Shown: in pieces, positions 38,778 to 48,341 of the stretch
How the letters are laid out: each line of letters starts with the position of its first letter
How positions within the stretch are numbered: the stretch's first letter is position 1
Assembly (NCBI GenBank): GCA_012838035.1
Contig: DUQB01000159.1
Coordinates: 1-63,620, forward strand
DNA: 63,620 nucleotides
DNA from: Bacillota bacterium
Lineage (GTDB): Bacteria > Bacillota > Limnochordia > DTU080
Direction of reading: 5' to 3'
Notes under the pieces: generated by a model
The model's database searches: none
Told to the model about the DNA's origin: nothing
What the model saw: only the letters and a program-made list of their open reading frames with translations
Program-made: the position numbers and the translations under genes

Positions 38778-39287
38778 CTATGCCTTTTGCGTTTTGGCAC
38801 CCCGGATGTCGACTTGGACGAGCCGGTACGTATCTTCTCCGTCACCGGGGATAGCCTTAAAGAGCGCAATGCCGCCGTCTCTTAAAATGATACCGGAGTT
38901 GGCATCCGGATACTCCGACAAAAAGACGACTTCCCTTACCCCAGCTTGCACTAGTGCCTTAGCGCATCCCGTACACGGGAAATCGGTACAGTACAAGGTG
39001 GAATCGGCACTGCTGATGCCATTAACGGCACACTGTAAAATGGCGTTCAACTCCGCGTGCACCGTGCGAATGCACGAAGGCCGACCATTCTGTTCCACAA
39101 TAAGGCAACCGACATCGTCGCAGTGCGGTCCGCCCTTAACCGAGCCGTTGTAGCCGGTAGCTAAAACGCGGTGATCGCGCACCAACACTGCGCCTACGCG
39201 CCGACGCGGACAAGTAGCCCGTGACGCGGCCAGTTTCGCCATCTGCAGAAAATAATCATCCCATGAGGGACGGCGATGCTCTGCCAT
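38778..39287 (-). CDS. dCMP deaminase (ComEB-like)
   Basis: RPSWDDYF, C.RRRVGA, TGYNG, HAELNA, PCTGCAK zinc motif. Confidence 0.9.
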   Translation of the reverse strand: MAEHRRPSWDDYFLQMAKLAASRATCPRRRVGAVLVRDHRVLATGYNGSVKGGPHCDDVGCLIVEQNGRPSCIRTVHAELNAILQCAVNGISSADSTLYCTDFPCTGCAKALVQAGVREVVFLSEYPDANSGIILRDGGIALFKAIPGDGEDTYRLVQVDIRGAKTQKA

Positions 39288-39332
39288 CCGAAAACCCTCC
39301 TACAAGTGGGTTTTGCTTGTTGTCTACACATG

Positions 39333-40607
39333 TTAATGATAGCTGAAACCCAGTTGCAACGGTCCGTGCGTCCAACAATCGCCTACGGAATACGCATCAA
39401 CGATAACCCAGTCGTTTACGACCTTGATTTTATCCACAATTTCATATACGGCGCTCGGCCGTACGCCGCCAATAGAGCCGTCTGCTTGAGGCATTACTCC
39501 GGCATCAATGACAATCTGCCGAATTTCACCCTGCGCCCAGACGATAACCTGTTCAAAGAGTTGACTGGCGGGCAACCTACCGTCAAACGCATGCGAAGCA
39601 ATGACGGTTTGATCTTTATATACGAGCTTATTTTGGATCAGGTTAAAGTCTGCCAAAATAGGCTCACCATATGCGGCATTCGTGAGTGCGACAACCTGAA
39701 CGATGACGCTTTCAATGTCGGGATAGCTGTGGATCGCCTCTACCACCAAGTTGATCACTGTATCTGTGGTGATCGTTGTCAGCTGGTTATCTACACCGAC
39801 TACAATACGGTCTATGCGCACTCCGGTGTTGCTTTCCACATCTCCCGCGCCGCTACGCAGCACCTGCTCATTAGCCTGCCCCAGTAACCGCTCCAGCTGC
39901 TGTTTGGTATTCTCCGGCGTTTGCCTGGTGTTAATGACTTGGGTGGCAATGACATCCAGAGCGTTATAAATAAAGTGCGCCTGACGCAGGTTGGCGTTCG
40001 CCTGTTGTAGGCGAGTGGCTTGATCGAAATAGTAATCGCCAGCCTTGCGCAACTCCGCCAGTTGCTGAACCAATACATTACGTTCCGATTCCAATCCCGC
40101 CAAGTCCGCCTGCATATTTTGAATACGGCTGGTGAGATGATCGTTCTCGCTGCGCAATTGATCGTTGCGTATCTGCAACTCTGCGTTTTGCGCGCCGAGT
40201 TCCTTTCTCTGCTCTTCCAACTGCGCTTTCTCCATTTGCAGCTGAGTATTCTCGGCATCCGTTCGCAGAACGCTTTCTACCAACCGTTGTCTTTGCTCCT
40301 CCAGCTCGGCCAGCTCGGCATTTTTAACAGTGACGTCGTTTGAGAGCGCTGTAATGGACTTGCGTAGGTTTTCCAAGCCGAAAAGCGCTTCGCGGGCGCT
40401 GCTGCTTATGAGAATAAGGATACCTAACGTAAACGAAACGATGAATATGCCTGTTACCACGGTAATGACCCGCGAAGTATAACGCGGTCGTAAACCGAAA
40501 ATGCTGAGACGTTTGCGGCCTACGATCATGCCCACGCGGTCGCCCCAATAGGCTGTAAAACCGCCCACGACCAACAACAGCATAATCATACCTACGCCAA
40601 ATACCAT
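39333..40607 (-). CDS. DUF3084 domain membrane / coiled-coil protein
   Basis: AYWGDRVG..VGRKRLSIFGLRPRYTS N-terminus, two TM helices, long coiled coil. Confidence 0.85.
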   Translation of the reverse strand: MVFGVGMIMLLLVVGGFTAYWGDRVGMIVGRKRLSIFGLRPRYTSRVITVVTGIFIVSFTLGILILISSSAREALFGLENLRKSITALSNDVTVKNAELAELEEQRQRLVESVLRTDAENTQLQMEKAQLEEQRKELGAQNAELQIRNDQLRSENDHLTSRIQNMQADLAGLESERNVLVQQLAELRKAGDYYFDQATRLQQANANLRQAHFIYNALDVIATQVINTRQTPENTKQQLERLLGQANEQVLRSGAGDVESNTGVRIDRIVVGVDNQLTTITTDTVINLVVEAIHSYPDIESVIVQVVALTNAAYGEPILADFNLIQNKLVYKDQTVIASHAFDGRLPASQLFEQVIVWAQGEIRQIVIDAGVMPQADGSIGGVRPSAVYEIVDKIKVVNDWVIVDAYSVGDCWTHGPLQLGFSYH

Positions 40608-40717
40608 TTACAGTCACCCCCGTTCCCACGTACGGGCGAGAAAAGAGCGCATAACTCGACGCGCCGTTCTACAACTTTCGCCTATAACGTCGCGCATCCC
40701 TTTTTCATGCAGACGAG

Positions 40718-40742
40718 ATTCGAGCCTTATCGCTTAATCCCT
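40718..40742 (-). promoter_or_regulatory. Sigma-H-like promoter upstream of the DUF3084 gene
   Basis: AGGG-N17-GAAT (one mismatch). Confidence 0.3.
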
Positions 40743-41011
40743 ACATTGCCATTTTATCTCATCGGACTGTGATTTGAGTAAAATGCGCCTATACTCAACC
40801 CCCCGCCTGCGCAGAGCCGGCAATCGCGCCGCCTTACTTAAGTGTTCGCATGGACCGCCGCGTTACCACATGATGTGTATTGAGCCGACTGCGACGGTAG
40901 GCGTAGGCACAGTGGTAGGCGACAGCGACTGGATGACGCGCCGCGGCACGTCGGGCGTTTGTCTGCCGCCTTTACTGCTCGGATAGGCCTCAAAGTATGG
41001 CCGCGTTCAGT

Positions 41012-42718
41012 TTACATCTCTTCCGGCGCTTCTAACCCAAGTAGGAACAACCCATTAGCGATCACCGTGCGTGTAGCCCGCAGCAACTCCAGCCGCTCCG
41101 CCTCCAGGTTGCTGCCGACGACGCGGTGTTCATGGTAAAAACCGTTAAAGGCTCTGCAGAGTTCGAGTAGGTAATGGGCGATGCCTGCAGGCTCACGAGC
41201 TGCTTCCGCCGCCTCAACAACGTCGGGGAAACGTTCCAGCTCTTTAATCAAGGTCATCTCTTCAGCTGAGTTCAGCCCCGCATAGTCTAGTTGCGTGCTG
41301 TTACACTCCACTTGCGCCGCCTTGCGCAACACGCTGCCGGCACGAGCATAGGTGTACTGAACATAGGGACCCGTATCGCCCTCAAAGCTCAGTGCTGAGG
41401 CAAAATCGAAGGAGATGTCCTTCATCCGGCTATATACCAGGAATCGGAAAAGTACGGCGCCGATACCGATTTGCTCGGCTACCTGTTCTTTTTGCGCGAG
41501 GTTCGGATTGCGCGCTTCTATAATGGCCAGCGCTCTGGCGCTAGCTTCATTAAGTACATCCTCCAGGAAAACCACATTGCCGCGGCGCGTCGACATCGCT
41601 TGGTCGCCGAACCGGATGGTGCCGAAGGGGATATGTTCGTAGCGATCCACCCACTGCATACCGGCTTTACGCAACACGGCAAACACCTGCTGGAAGTGCA
41701 ATTGCTGCGGAGCGCCCACCACATACAGCACAAACGTCGGCTGATACGTATGCCAACGATAAATGGCGGCTGCTAAGTCACGAGTGGCATACAGCGTCGC
41801 GCCGTCGCTCTTTTGAATTAGGCAAGGCGGCAAATTCTCATCGTCTAGGTTGACGATCTTGGCTCCTTCGCTGGTCTGTAACAGGCCCTTTTCCGTCAAC
41901 ATGGACACGACGGCGGCCATTTTATCTTCGTAGAACGCTTCTCCGTTGTAGGAATCGAAAGTAATGCCCATCCGGGCGTAGATGGTTTTGAACTCCTCAA
42001 TCGATAAGCTGCGAAAACGCTCCCATAGGGCATATATCTCCGGATCGCCCTGCTCCAGTCGGGCGAATGCCTCTCGCGCCGCATCTTCCAATGCCGGATC
42101 CACTTCAGCTTCTTTATGGAAGCGCACATAAAGGCGGAAGAGCTCCTTGATGGGACTGAGCCGCAGTTGCTCTTCATCGCCCCACATCCGGTAGCCGACA
42201 ATCCATTTGCCGCATTGCGTACCCCAGTCGCCCAAGTGATTTACCCGCTCTACCTGATATCCTCGGAAGCTGAAGATACGGGCAAGAGAGTGCCCTAATA
42301 TCGTGGTGCGAATAAGCGCCACACCTACCGGTTTGGCAATATTGGGCGAGGAGAAATCGATCACTACCGTTTTTGGCGTATCTTGCACGGTAGAACCGTA
42401 ACTCTCTTTTTGCGCGGCAATGGTCGTCAACACATCATGCGCTCTTTGGCCCTTCTCGATAAAGAAGTTGACATAGCCGCCCACAACAGCAACCCGCTCC
42501 AGCCACACGGGCTTTTCTATTTCAGCAGCAATATCTTGGGCAATTTGAGCAGGCGCCTTTCGTAAAATCTTCGCCAGACTAAAAGCGGGAAAGGCAAAAT
42601 CGCCCAGCGTCGGATCCGGCGGAACCTCAACAAGCCTGTTCAGATCCAATTCCGCCTGCAGCTCATCGGGTAATGCCTGCCTTATCAGCTCAATGGTCCG
42701 TTCTTTAAAAATGCTCAT
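41012..42718 (-). CDS. argS: Arginine--tRNA ligase
   Basis: DFSSPNIAKP (HIGH-like region), NHLGDWGTQ, YATRDLAA, GDTGPYVQY.YAR. Confidence 0.96.
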   Translation of the reverse strand: MSIFKERTIELIRQALPDELQAELDLNRLVEVPPDPTLGDFAFPAFSLAKILRKAPAQIAQDIAAEIEKPVWLERVAVVGGYVNFFIEKGQRAHDVLTTIAAQKESYGSTVQDTPKTVVIDFSSPNIAKPVGVALIRTTILGHSLARIFSFRGYQVERVNHLGDWGTQCGKWIVGYRMWGDEEQLRLSPIKELFRLYVRFHKEAEVDPALEDAAREAFARLEQGDPEIYALWERFRSLSIEEFKTIYARMGITFDSYNGEAFYEDKMAAVVSMLTEKGLLQTSEGAKIVNLDDENLPPCLIQKSDGATLYATRDLAAAIYRWHTYQPTFVLYVVGAPQQLHFQQVFAVLRKAGMQWVDRYEHIPFGTIRFGDQAMSTRRGNVVFLEDVLNEASARALAIIEARNPNLAQKEQVAEQIGIGAVLFRFLVYSRMKDISFDFASALSFEGDTGPYVQYTYARAGSVLRKAAQVECNSTQLDYAGLNSAEEMTLIKELERFPDVVEAAEAAREPAGIAHYLLELCRAFNGFYHEHRVVGSNLEAERLELLRATRTVIANGLFLLGLEAPEEM

Positions 42719-42768
42719 ATAATCCCTCCATCCGGCGATGCAGAAGCCCTACTCCGCCGCATGATCGT

Positions 42769-42797
42769 ATTATAGCGCTGGAATAACGAAGCGACAA
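42769..42797 (-). promoter_or_regulatory. Sigma-A promoter of argS (short leader, no T-box)
   Basis: TTGTCG-N17-TATAAT about 50 nt upstream of the start. Confidence 0.6.
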
Positions 42798-42885
42798 TGT
42801 ACAAACCATTTTTGCAGCGACTTGTCCATACCTCGCGCATGATAAAATAAAGATACGCTGATCGCCTGATAAGGAGTCGATTTTC

Positions 42886-43413
42886 ATGTCCAAATCGGAC
42901 TATCTCAGTCTGCTGCGCCAATACCTGGATACAGACGCTTTCGCAACCCTATGCGATCTGGTGCGCCGGCGCGAACGTCCTCCCTTCGAGTACGATTCGA
43001 CAACCGCCCGGATTGAACCGGCACTGGACGATATCGATCCCGAAAACGTCGCAGCCGTTGACCTGGACGTCGTACTCACCGCTTGCGATATCCTTAACCG
43101 GCATGCCGATCAATTGGATCTCCAATCGGTGCACACCACGGTGTGCCCCGACAGCGGCATATCTGAACACTCTTTCGACTTTACGCCGGAGGATCCGGAA
43201 TACGCAGCGTTTATGCGGTTGCTCCAACCGATGATCAACGCCGCCGAAATTCAGGTCGCTACCTTTAAGCAACCAGACCTAATCCGTTTGCGCGTGCACC
43301 TGCCGTACTATGGCGAGCACGATTACCAGCAAAAGAAAGAGCAGCTCTATTTTTGCCGCGACCTTGCCCGGCGCAGAGTGAAACAGACACCCTTTCACGG
43401 CACACGCGTCTAA
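42886..43413 (+). CDS. Hypothetical protein
   Basis: 175-aa ORF with an AAGGAG SD, filling a gap divergent from argS; no family recognised. Confidence 0.7.
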   Translation: MSKSDYLSLLRQYLDTDAFATLCDLVRRRERPPFEYDSTTARIEPALDDIDPENVAAVDLDVVLTACDILNRHADQLDLQSVHTTVCPDSGISEHSFDFTPEDPEYAAFMRLLQPMINAAEIQVATFKQPDLIRLRVHLPYYGEHDYQQKKEQLYFCRDLARRRVKQTPFHGTRV

Positions 43414-43474
43414 GGCAGATTCATACGGCGAGCTCGGCAAGTCCCGCTCTTAAGGCTTAGTCCTTGCTTACTAA

Positions 43475-43502
43475 CACATCACCCATCCGGCGGACATACC
43501 AT
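43475..43502 (+). promoter_or_regulatory. Sigma-K-like promoter
   Basis: CACA-N16-CATACCAT upstream of the 115-aa ORF. Confidence 0.4.
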
Positions 43503-43526
43503 GGAAACAGAAAGACCAGGATGTAG

Positions 43527-43874
43527 GTGGTGTTCATGTCCCTGGCCATAGTGGTTGAAACCGCGTGGATTGTCGAGAACCTCCAGTCTGTCGGCGGAGG
43601 CGGTCTTTTTAACTTAGCTTTCAATCTGAGCCAAGTATCTGCCGCCGTGCATGAAGCTTTGGGTCAACCTAATATGCTCAAGCATGCGCCCGTATGTATC
43701 TATAAACTCACGGAAGCGCAACGCGCCGTGCTGGTGGCTGATGGATACCTAGCGGAAATAGTGCTGGTAAACAGCACTTTACGTCTGCATATTCGGTTAA
43801 TTCATGTGTGTCCGTTTGTTGCTCGCAAGACAATTGTCTGGCCGGACGTGAATTTGAGAGTCGCTATCATCTAA
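43527..43874 (+). CDS. Small hypothetical protein (possibly late mother-cell expressed)
   Basis: 115-aa ORF, AGGTG SD, closed by a GC hairpin; alternative ATG at 43536. Confidence 0.55.
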   Translation: MVFMSLAIVVETAWIVENLQSVGGGGLFNLAFNLSQVSAAVHEALGQPNMLKHAPVCIYKLTEAQRAVLVADGYLAEIVLVNSTLRLHIRLIHVCPFVARKTIVWPDVNLRVAII

Positions 43875-43892
43875 TAGTATACCGCACATGCG

Positions 43893-43914
43893 CGCCGGCG
43901 CAGCAGCGCCGGCG
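43893..43914. terminator. GC hairpin between convergent genes
   Basis: CGCCGGCGC-AGCA-GCGCCGGCG. Confidence 0.45.
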
Positions 43915-43935
43915 GGCGTTCTGCCGTTCCACGGC

Positions 43936-44376
43936 TTATCCAAGTTTCTCTGCATGCTCCTTGATACCGGCCAACATCGACTCGCAGTTCTCTTTTACCA
44001 CTAGCTTGGCTACGGGATTGAGCATCGCGGCAAACATCGGAATACCGATTTCGAACTCACAAGTCACCTTCAGCAAGGTGCCTTCCGGATGCGTTTCACA
44101 GGTCCAATCGCCTCTAAACACCTTCAAGTCGCCGGAGAGCAGATCATAGTGAATGCGTAACTCATCATCGTAGGCAATATCTTCCTCGCGCCACTTCATG
44201 GCGGCTCCTTTCAACTTAGCTTCCCACACGCTCACCTGACGACCGGGTTCGCTGGATTCAATGGTGATCTTATCGACTGCCGGCATAAACTCCGGATAAT
44301 CAGCAGTGTTCTTCACCACTTCGTAAACGCGCTGCGGATCAGCCTTTACTACGGTCTCCGCCTCAACATACGGCAT
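43936..44376 (-). CDS. SRPBCC / polyketide cyclase-dehydrase (START-like) protein
   Basis: YPEFMP, WREED, GDLKVFRG.W; about 146 aa; GAGGAG SD. Confidence 0.82.
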   Translation of the reverse strand: MPYVEAETVVKADPQRVYEVVKNTADYPEFMPAVDKITIESSEPGRQVSVWEAKLKGAAMKWREEDIAYDDELRIHYDLLSGDLKVFRGDWTCETHPEGTLLKVTCEFEIGIPMFAAMLNPVAKLVVKENCESMLAGIKEHAEKLG

Positions 44377-44426
44377 CGAACATTCACTCCTCACTCTGAA
44401 ATCCTGCGTCCATCTTAACGCGTATA

Positions 44427-45713
44427 TTAAAGCTCGGCGTCTACTGCAGCCGCCTGCGCCACACCTTTGCTTACAGCATCAAGCACTATGTCGATCTGTT
44501 CATAGGTAATAACTGCGGGCGGCGACAGACGTATGACGGAAGGGTTGTTTAATGAATGGATTACGATTACGTGCTGAGCCGCCAGTTCGGCGATCATGAC
44601 GCCGGAGTGGGCTTCTTTGCCCATTTCCAGACCAATCAAGAGGCCTTTCCCCCGTACATCCCGCAGAACCTGGGGATACTCCTGCCGCAATTGGCGCAGA
44701 CGATTGAGAATGTAGGCGCCTTTTTCCGCAGCTTGCTCAACCAAACCTTCATCTTTTAAAGCTTTAATGGCTGCAATACCTGCTACGCAGGCCAACGGAT
44801 TACCGCCGAAGGTGCTGCTGTGAATGTAAGGATTATCATTGAAAAGCTCGAAAATGGGAGGCTTGGCGGTTATTGCGCCTATAGGCATGACTCCGCCGCC
44901 TAATGCTTTTGCCGTTGTAAGAATGTCGGGCGTTACATCCCAATGGTTGCAGGCGAAGTACTTCCCCGTACGCCCCATGCCGGTCTGCACTTCGTCAAAG
45001 ATTAAGACCAGACCGTGCCGATCACAGACATCGCGCAATCCGGGGAGGTAGTCATCCGGTGGTACGATCACTCCACCTTCCCCTTGGATGGGTTCGACGA
45101 TTACAGTACCGACTTCAGGAGTAACGGCCGCTTCCACCGCTCGCCAATCGCCGAAAGGTACATGAATGAATCCAGGCAACAGTGGATAGAAAGGTTCACG
45201 ATAGAGTTCCCTTCCGCTGGCGGATAGAGCGCCGAAGGTTTTTCCGTGAAAAGCGCCTTTCGTAGCTATGACGCCAGGCTTTTTTGTGAAGGCGCGCGCC
45301 AGCTTCAGAGCGCCTTCGTTGGCTTCAGCCCCGCTATTACAAAAGAACGAATACTGTAAATCGCCCGGCGTAATTTCGGCAAGGCATTTACCTAATGCGG
45401 CGACCCACTTGTGCGGCAACGTACGCCCATGCATCGCCATTCTGTCCAACTGTTCGCGGACCGCCGCTACCACCTGCGGGTGGCTGTGCCCATGAAACAT
45501 TACGCCGTATGAACCGCAGTCTATGTACTCTTGGCCATAGATATCGCTGATTATCGCACCGTTTGCCGCCCACTCCAAGGTTGTTAAACCCATAAAGCGA
45601 TATAGGCGCGCCATGGCGTCATTGACATATGTCCCGTAATCATTCAGCGCTTGCTCCACTACTTGATCGGGATTTGTCACAAACGGTTCGGTGTGGTGAA
45701 GTTCATCTGCCAT
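44427..45713 (-). CDS. Class-III PLP aminotransferase (putrescine aminotransferase-like)
   Basis: FCNSGAEANE, FHGKT, EPIQGEGG, DEVQTGMGRTG, AKALGGG (PLP lysine), STFGGNP. Confidence 0.88.
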   Translation of the reverse strand: MADELHHTEPFVTNPDQVVEQALNDYGTYVNDAMARLYRFMGLTTLEWAANGAIISDIYGQEYIDCGSYGVMFHGHSHPQVVAAVREQLDRMAMHGRTLPHKWVAALGKCLAEITPGDLQYSFFCNSGAEANEGALKLARAFTKKPGVIATKGAFHGKTFGALSASGRELYREPFYPLLPGFIHVPFGDWRAVEAAVTPEVGTVIVEPIQGEGGVIVPPDDYLPGLRDVCDRHGLVLIFDEVQTGMGRTGKYFACNHWDVTPDILTTAKALGGGVMPIGAITAKPPIFELFNDNPYIHSSTFGGNPLACVAGIAAIKALKDEGLVEQAAEKGAYILNRLRQLRQEYPQVLRDVRGKGLLIGLEMGKEAHSGVMIAELAAQHVIVIHSLNNPSVIRLSPPAVITYEQIDIVLDAVSKGVAQAAAVDAEL

Positions 45714-45869
45714 CCTTCATCCTCCCTTAAACTGTAACTATGTACCGCACAAGCATATCCTAAAGGTTTCCGCAATTGCGGCCTGAGACCTCTATGAGTA
45801 CGGGGCATGTCCCTATGCGTACTCCTCTAACATACCATAACTGATCCAAGTTGGTAGCATACAATCAAT

Positions 45870-45906
45870 GAAAAGCGGCCTGTCGGTTTCTATGCTCCGA
45901 CAGGCC
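45870..45906 (-). terminator. Intrinsic terminator after the FtsH-like gene
   Basis: GGCCTGTCGG/CCGACAGGCC 10-bp stem followed by GCTTTT. Confidence 0.7.
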
Positions 45907-45910
45907 GGCA

Positions 45911-47455
45911 TCAGGCAGTCAAGATATGCTCCAGTTTCTTATGCTCCTGAGGTGGAGAAAGGACCAAAGGCATCGTCTCTCCCAATATGTCGCGAAACTC
46001 CTCACCGGTCATTTTCTCCTCGGCTAACAACTGCAGCGCGATGTCATGCAGTTTGTCCTTGCACACGACGATCTGCCTTTTTACATACTCTTCCTGCGAT
46101 TGGATCAGCTTCTTTTGTTCCTCGTGCTTTACCTGTGCAGGCAGAATATCGGGATCTACCACGCCTAAATCCGACAGACCGGCGCGAATGAGCCGCTCCG
46201 CCAAATTGAGTGCTTGCTTAAAGTCACCGGCAGCCCCGGTGCTGCGACTGCCCAAACAAAGCTCCTCCGCCACTGCTCCTCCCAAACAAACTGCCATCTG
46301 ATCGAGAATGTCTTGCTTGGTATAAATATAGCGATCGCTGTCCGGCGCCTGCCGCATGTAACCCATCGCCATGCCGCGCGGTGTGATATTGATGGTAGAA
46401 ACCGATCCAGGTCGCACCATTTCACTGATTAAGGCGTGCCCTGCCTCGTGAAAGGCGATACGTTGCTTTTCATCCTCGGTTGGCCGGCGATCAAGCTTCT
46501 CGCCCATCTGCACTTTATCCATGGCTTCGTGTAAATCAGCGACGCTGATTCGATCTCTGCCGCTGCGCATGGCTAGAATTGCCGCTTCATTCATCACAGC
46601 TTCCAAATGAGCTCCCGAGAAGCCGTAGGTATCCCTCGCTATGTCCTCAAGGTTTACCGTCTCATCTAAGGGATGCTTGCGCGCGTGGATCTTCAAGATG
46701 TGCAAGCGCCCTTCTTTATCCGGCAGATCGACGTGCACGGTGCGATCAAAGCGTCCCGGTCGTAATAGGGCAGGGTCGAGCAAGTCGGCGCGGTTGGTTG
46801 CCGCCACAACCAGAATTTGCACTGCATTGTGGTCGGTACTAATGCCGTCCATTTGCACCAGCAGCTCATTGAGCGTTTGGTCATATTCAAGATGACCCGC
46901 GTGACTCCCGCGTTTACCGCCTAACACTTCGATCTCATCAAAGAAAATGATGGCATGTTTCTTGTGCTGCGCTTCAGCCAAAGCACGCGCATCGCGGAAA
47001 ATCTTCCGGATGCGTTGAGCGCCGACGCCTGCATACATTTCGACAAACTGGCTTCCGGATACGGCGATGAACGCCGAGTTCACAAAGTTGGCTGCTGCTT
47101 TTGCCAACAGCGTTTTACCCGTACCGGGCGGACCTACCAACAGGATGCCTTTAATCGGTCGGATCCCCAGTACGGCTGCCTTTTCCGGCTTTTGTATCAG
47201 CTCCAGCGCTTCTACAAACTCGCGTTTGGCTACCTCCTGTCCGCCGATATCGGCGAACGTGACCGGGCTCCAAGCACCGGCAGACCTAGGTCCGCCTGCC
47301 AACTCAAACCTAGAGCCCATTCCCTTGCCGTCCAGCATCATGCGGAGCATAAAGGCGACACCGGCCAACACTAAAAAAGGTGTAGGATCTACGCCTTGGA
47401 TGACGGCGAAGGCTAAAGCAGCCAAGGCTATACCAATCAGGAACTCTTTTTTCAT
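45911..47455 (-). CDS. FtsH-like AAA+ ATPase / M41 metalloprotease (no extracytoplasmic domain)
   Basis: Short N-terminal TM hairpin, GPPGTGKT, FFDEIE, SRH (ATNRADLLDPALLRPGRFDR), HEAGH. Confidence 0.88.
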   Translation of the reverse strand: MKKEFLIGIALAALAFAVIQGVDPTPFLVLAGVAFMLRMMLDGKGMGSRFELAGGPRSAGAWSPVTFADIGGQEVAKREFVEALELIQKPEKAAVLGIRPIKGILLVGPPGTGKTLLAKAAANFVNSAFIAVSGSQFVEMYAGVGAQRIRKIFRDARALAEAQHKKHAIIFFDEIEVLGGKRGSHAGHLEYDQTLNELLVQMDGISTDHNAVQILVVAATNRADLLDPALLRPGRFDRTVHVDLPDKEGRLHILKIHARKHPLDETVNLEDIARDTYGFSGAHLEAVMNEAAILAMRSGRDRISVADLHEAMDKVQMGEKLDRRPTEDEKQRIAFHEAGHALISEMVRPGSVSTINITPRGMAMGYMRQAPDSDRYIYTKQDILDQMAVCLGGAVAEELCLGSRSTGAAGDFKQALNLAERLIRAGLSDLGVVDPDILPAQVKHEEQKKLIQSQEEYVKRQIVVCKDKLHDIALQLLAEEKMTGEEFRDILGETMPLVLSPPQEHKKLEHILTA

Positions 47456-48003
47456 GAGGCATAACCTCCTGCTACGGATGTGGCTTGCAGAGTTTCCGGC
47501 GAACGCGGTATCAGCTCAAATAGTGTGCTTCCGTCCTTGCTCAATTGCAGATAGACGTACTCTGTATCAACATAAACACGATAGTCGTCCAGTTGCTCTT
47601 GTTTGGCAATTTGCGCCAATCCGACCGCCATCTGCGTGAACTGACCGGTAGCTATCCCTTGCTGAATATGAAAATGCATTTGATAATAGGTCTCTGCAAG
47701 TTCAGCGGAACGATCGTCACGGATGACCACGCCGCCGAACCGTTTACCAAACGCCTCAGCGCCGCATTGATTTACAACGTAATGGACGTCGGGCAAATCG
47801 GCTGACGCTGATAAAGATAGAACAATCCGGCGTTTATTGCCTACGGTGGTAAAGGTAACGTCCTTTACTCCAGTCAACTGGGTTATGCGTGCCAGGAGCG
47901 GGTCGGTTACCTTGTATTGGTAAACATAATAATAGCTTGATAAGGCTGCAGCTAAAGTGATTAAACACGTCAAAACGACGACGCGCATATTCAATCCTTT
48001 CAA
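47452..48003 (-). CDS. Hypothetical protein with N-terminal membrane anchor
   Basis: One N-terminal TM; its stop overlaps the FtsH-like start (ATGA coupling). Confidence 0.75.
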   Translation of the reverse strand: MKGLNMRVVVLTCLITLAAALSSYYYVYQYKVTDPLLARITQLTGVKDVTFTTVGNKRRIVLSLSASADLPDVHYVVNQCGAEAFGKRFGGVVIRDDRSAELAETYYQMHFHIQQGIATGQFTQMAVGLAQIAKQEQLDDYRVYVDTEYVYLQLSKDGSTLFELIPRSPETLQATSVAGGYAS

Positions 48004-48341
48004 ACACCCATCTCCTTAACTAGCCTAAGCATTCAGGTACCGGCTGCTTGGATCAAAGCGTCATGAACTATGGTATTAATGTAGAGCTGGAAAGGTGGTC
48101 CGGAGATTATCGGAACCCTGTATTACGGATGGGTAATCCCCGGAGGGGAGCAAATACATAGCAGCAGCATACCGATGGGTCAATTATAACATAAGCCCAG
48201 CTCAAGCAGGGGTGTTGCGTCCGCGCGCAATTCTGCCGCCTTTGGAGACAACCGGAAGGGGCGCCGAAATATGGTCGACGCTTACAAGCAGTGATGGCGG
48301 TGGGATGAGCGGCAACGGCCGGCTTTTCGGGAGAACGAAAA

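Noticed and set aside
40890-40925. GACGGTAGGCGTAGGC repeats similar to the hutP-leader repeats
   Set aside because: They lie on the opposite strand to local transcription and are too short to exclude chance
48105-48125. AGGGUUCCG resembles the ykkC/guanidine-I riboswitch 5' motif
   Set aside because: The rest of the conserved core is not present
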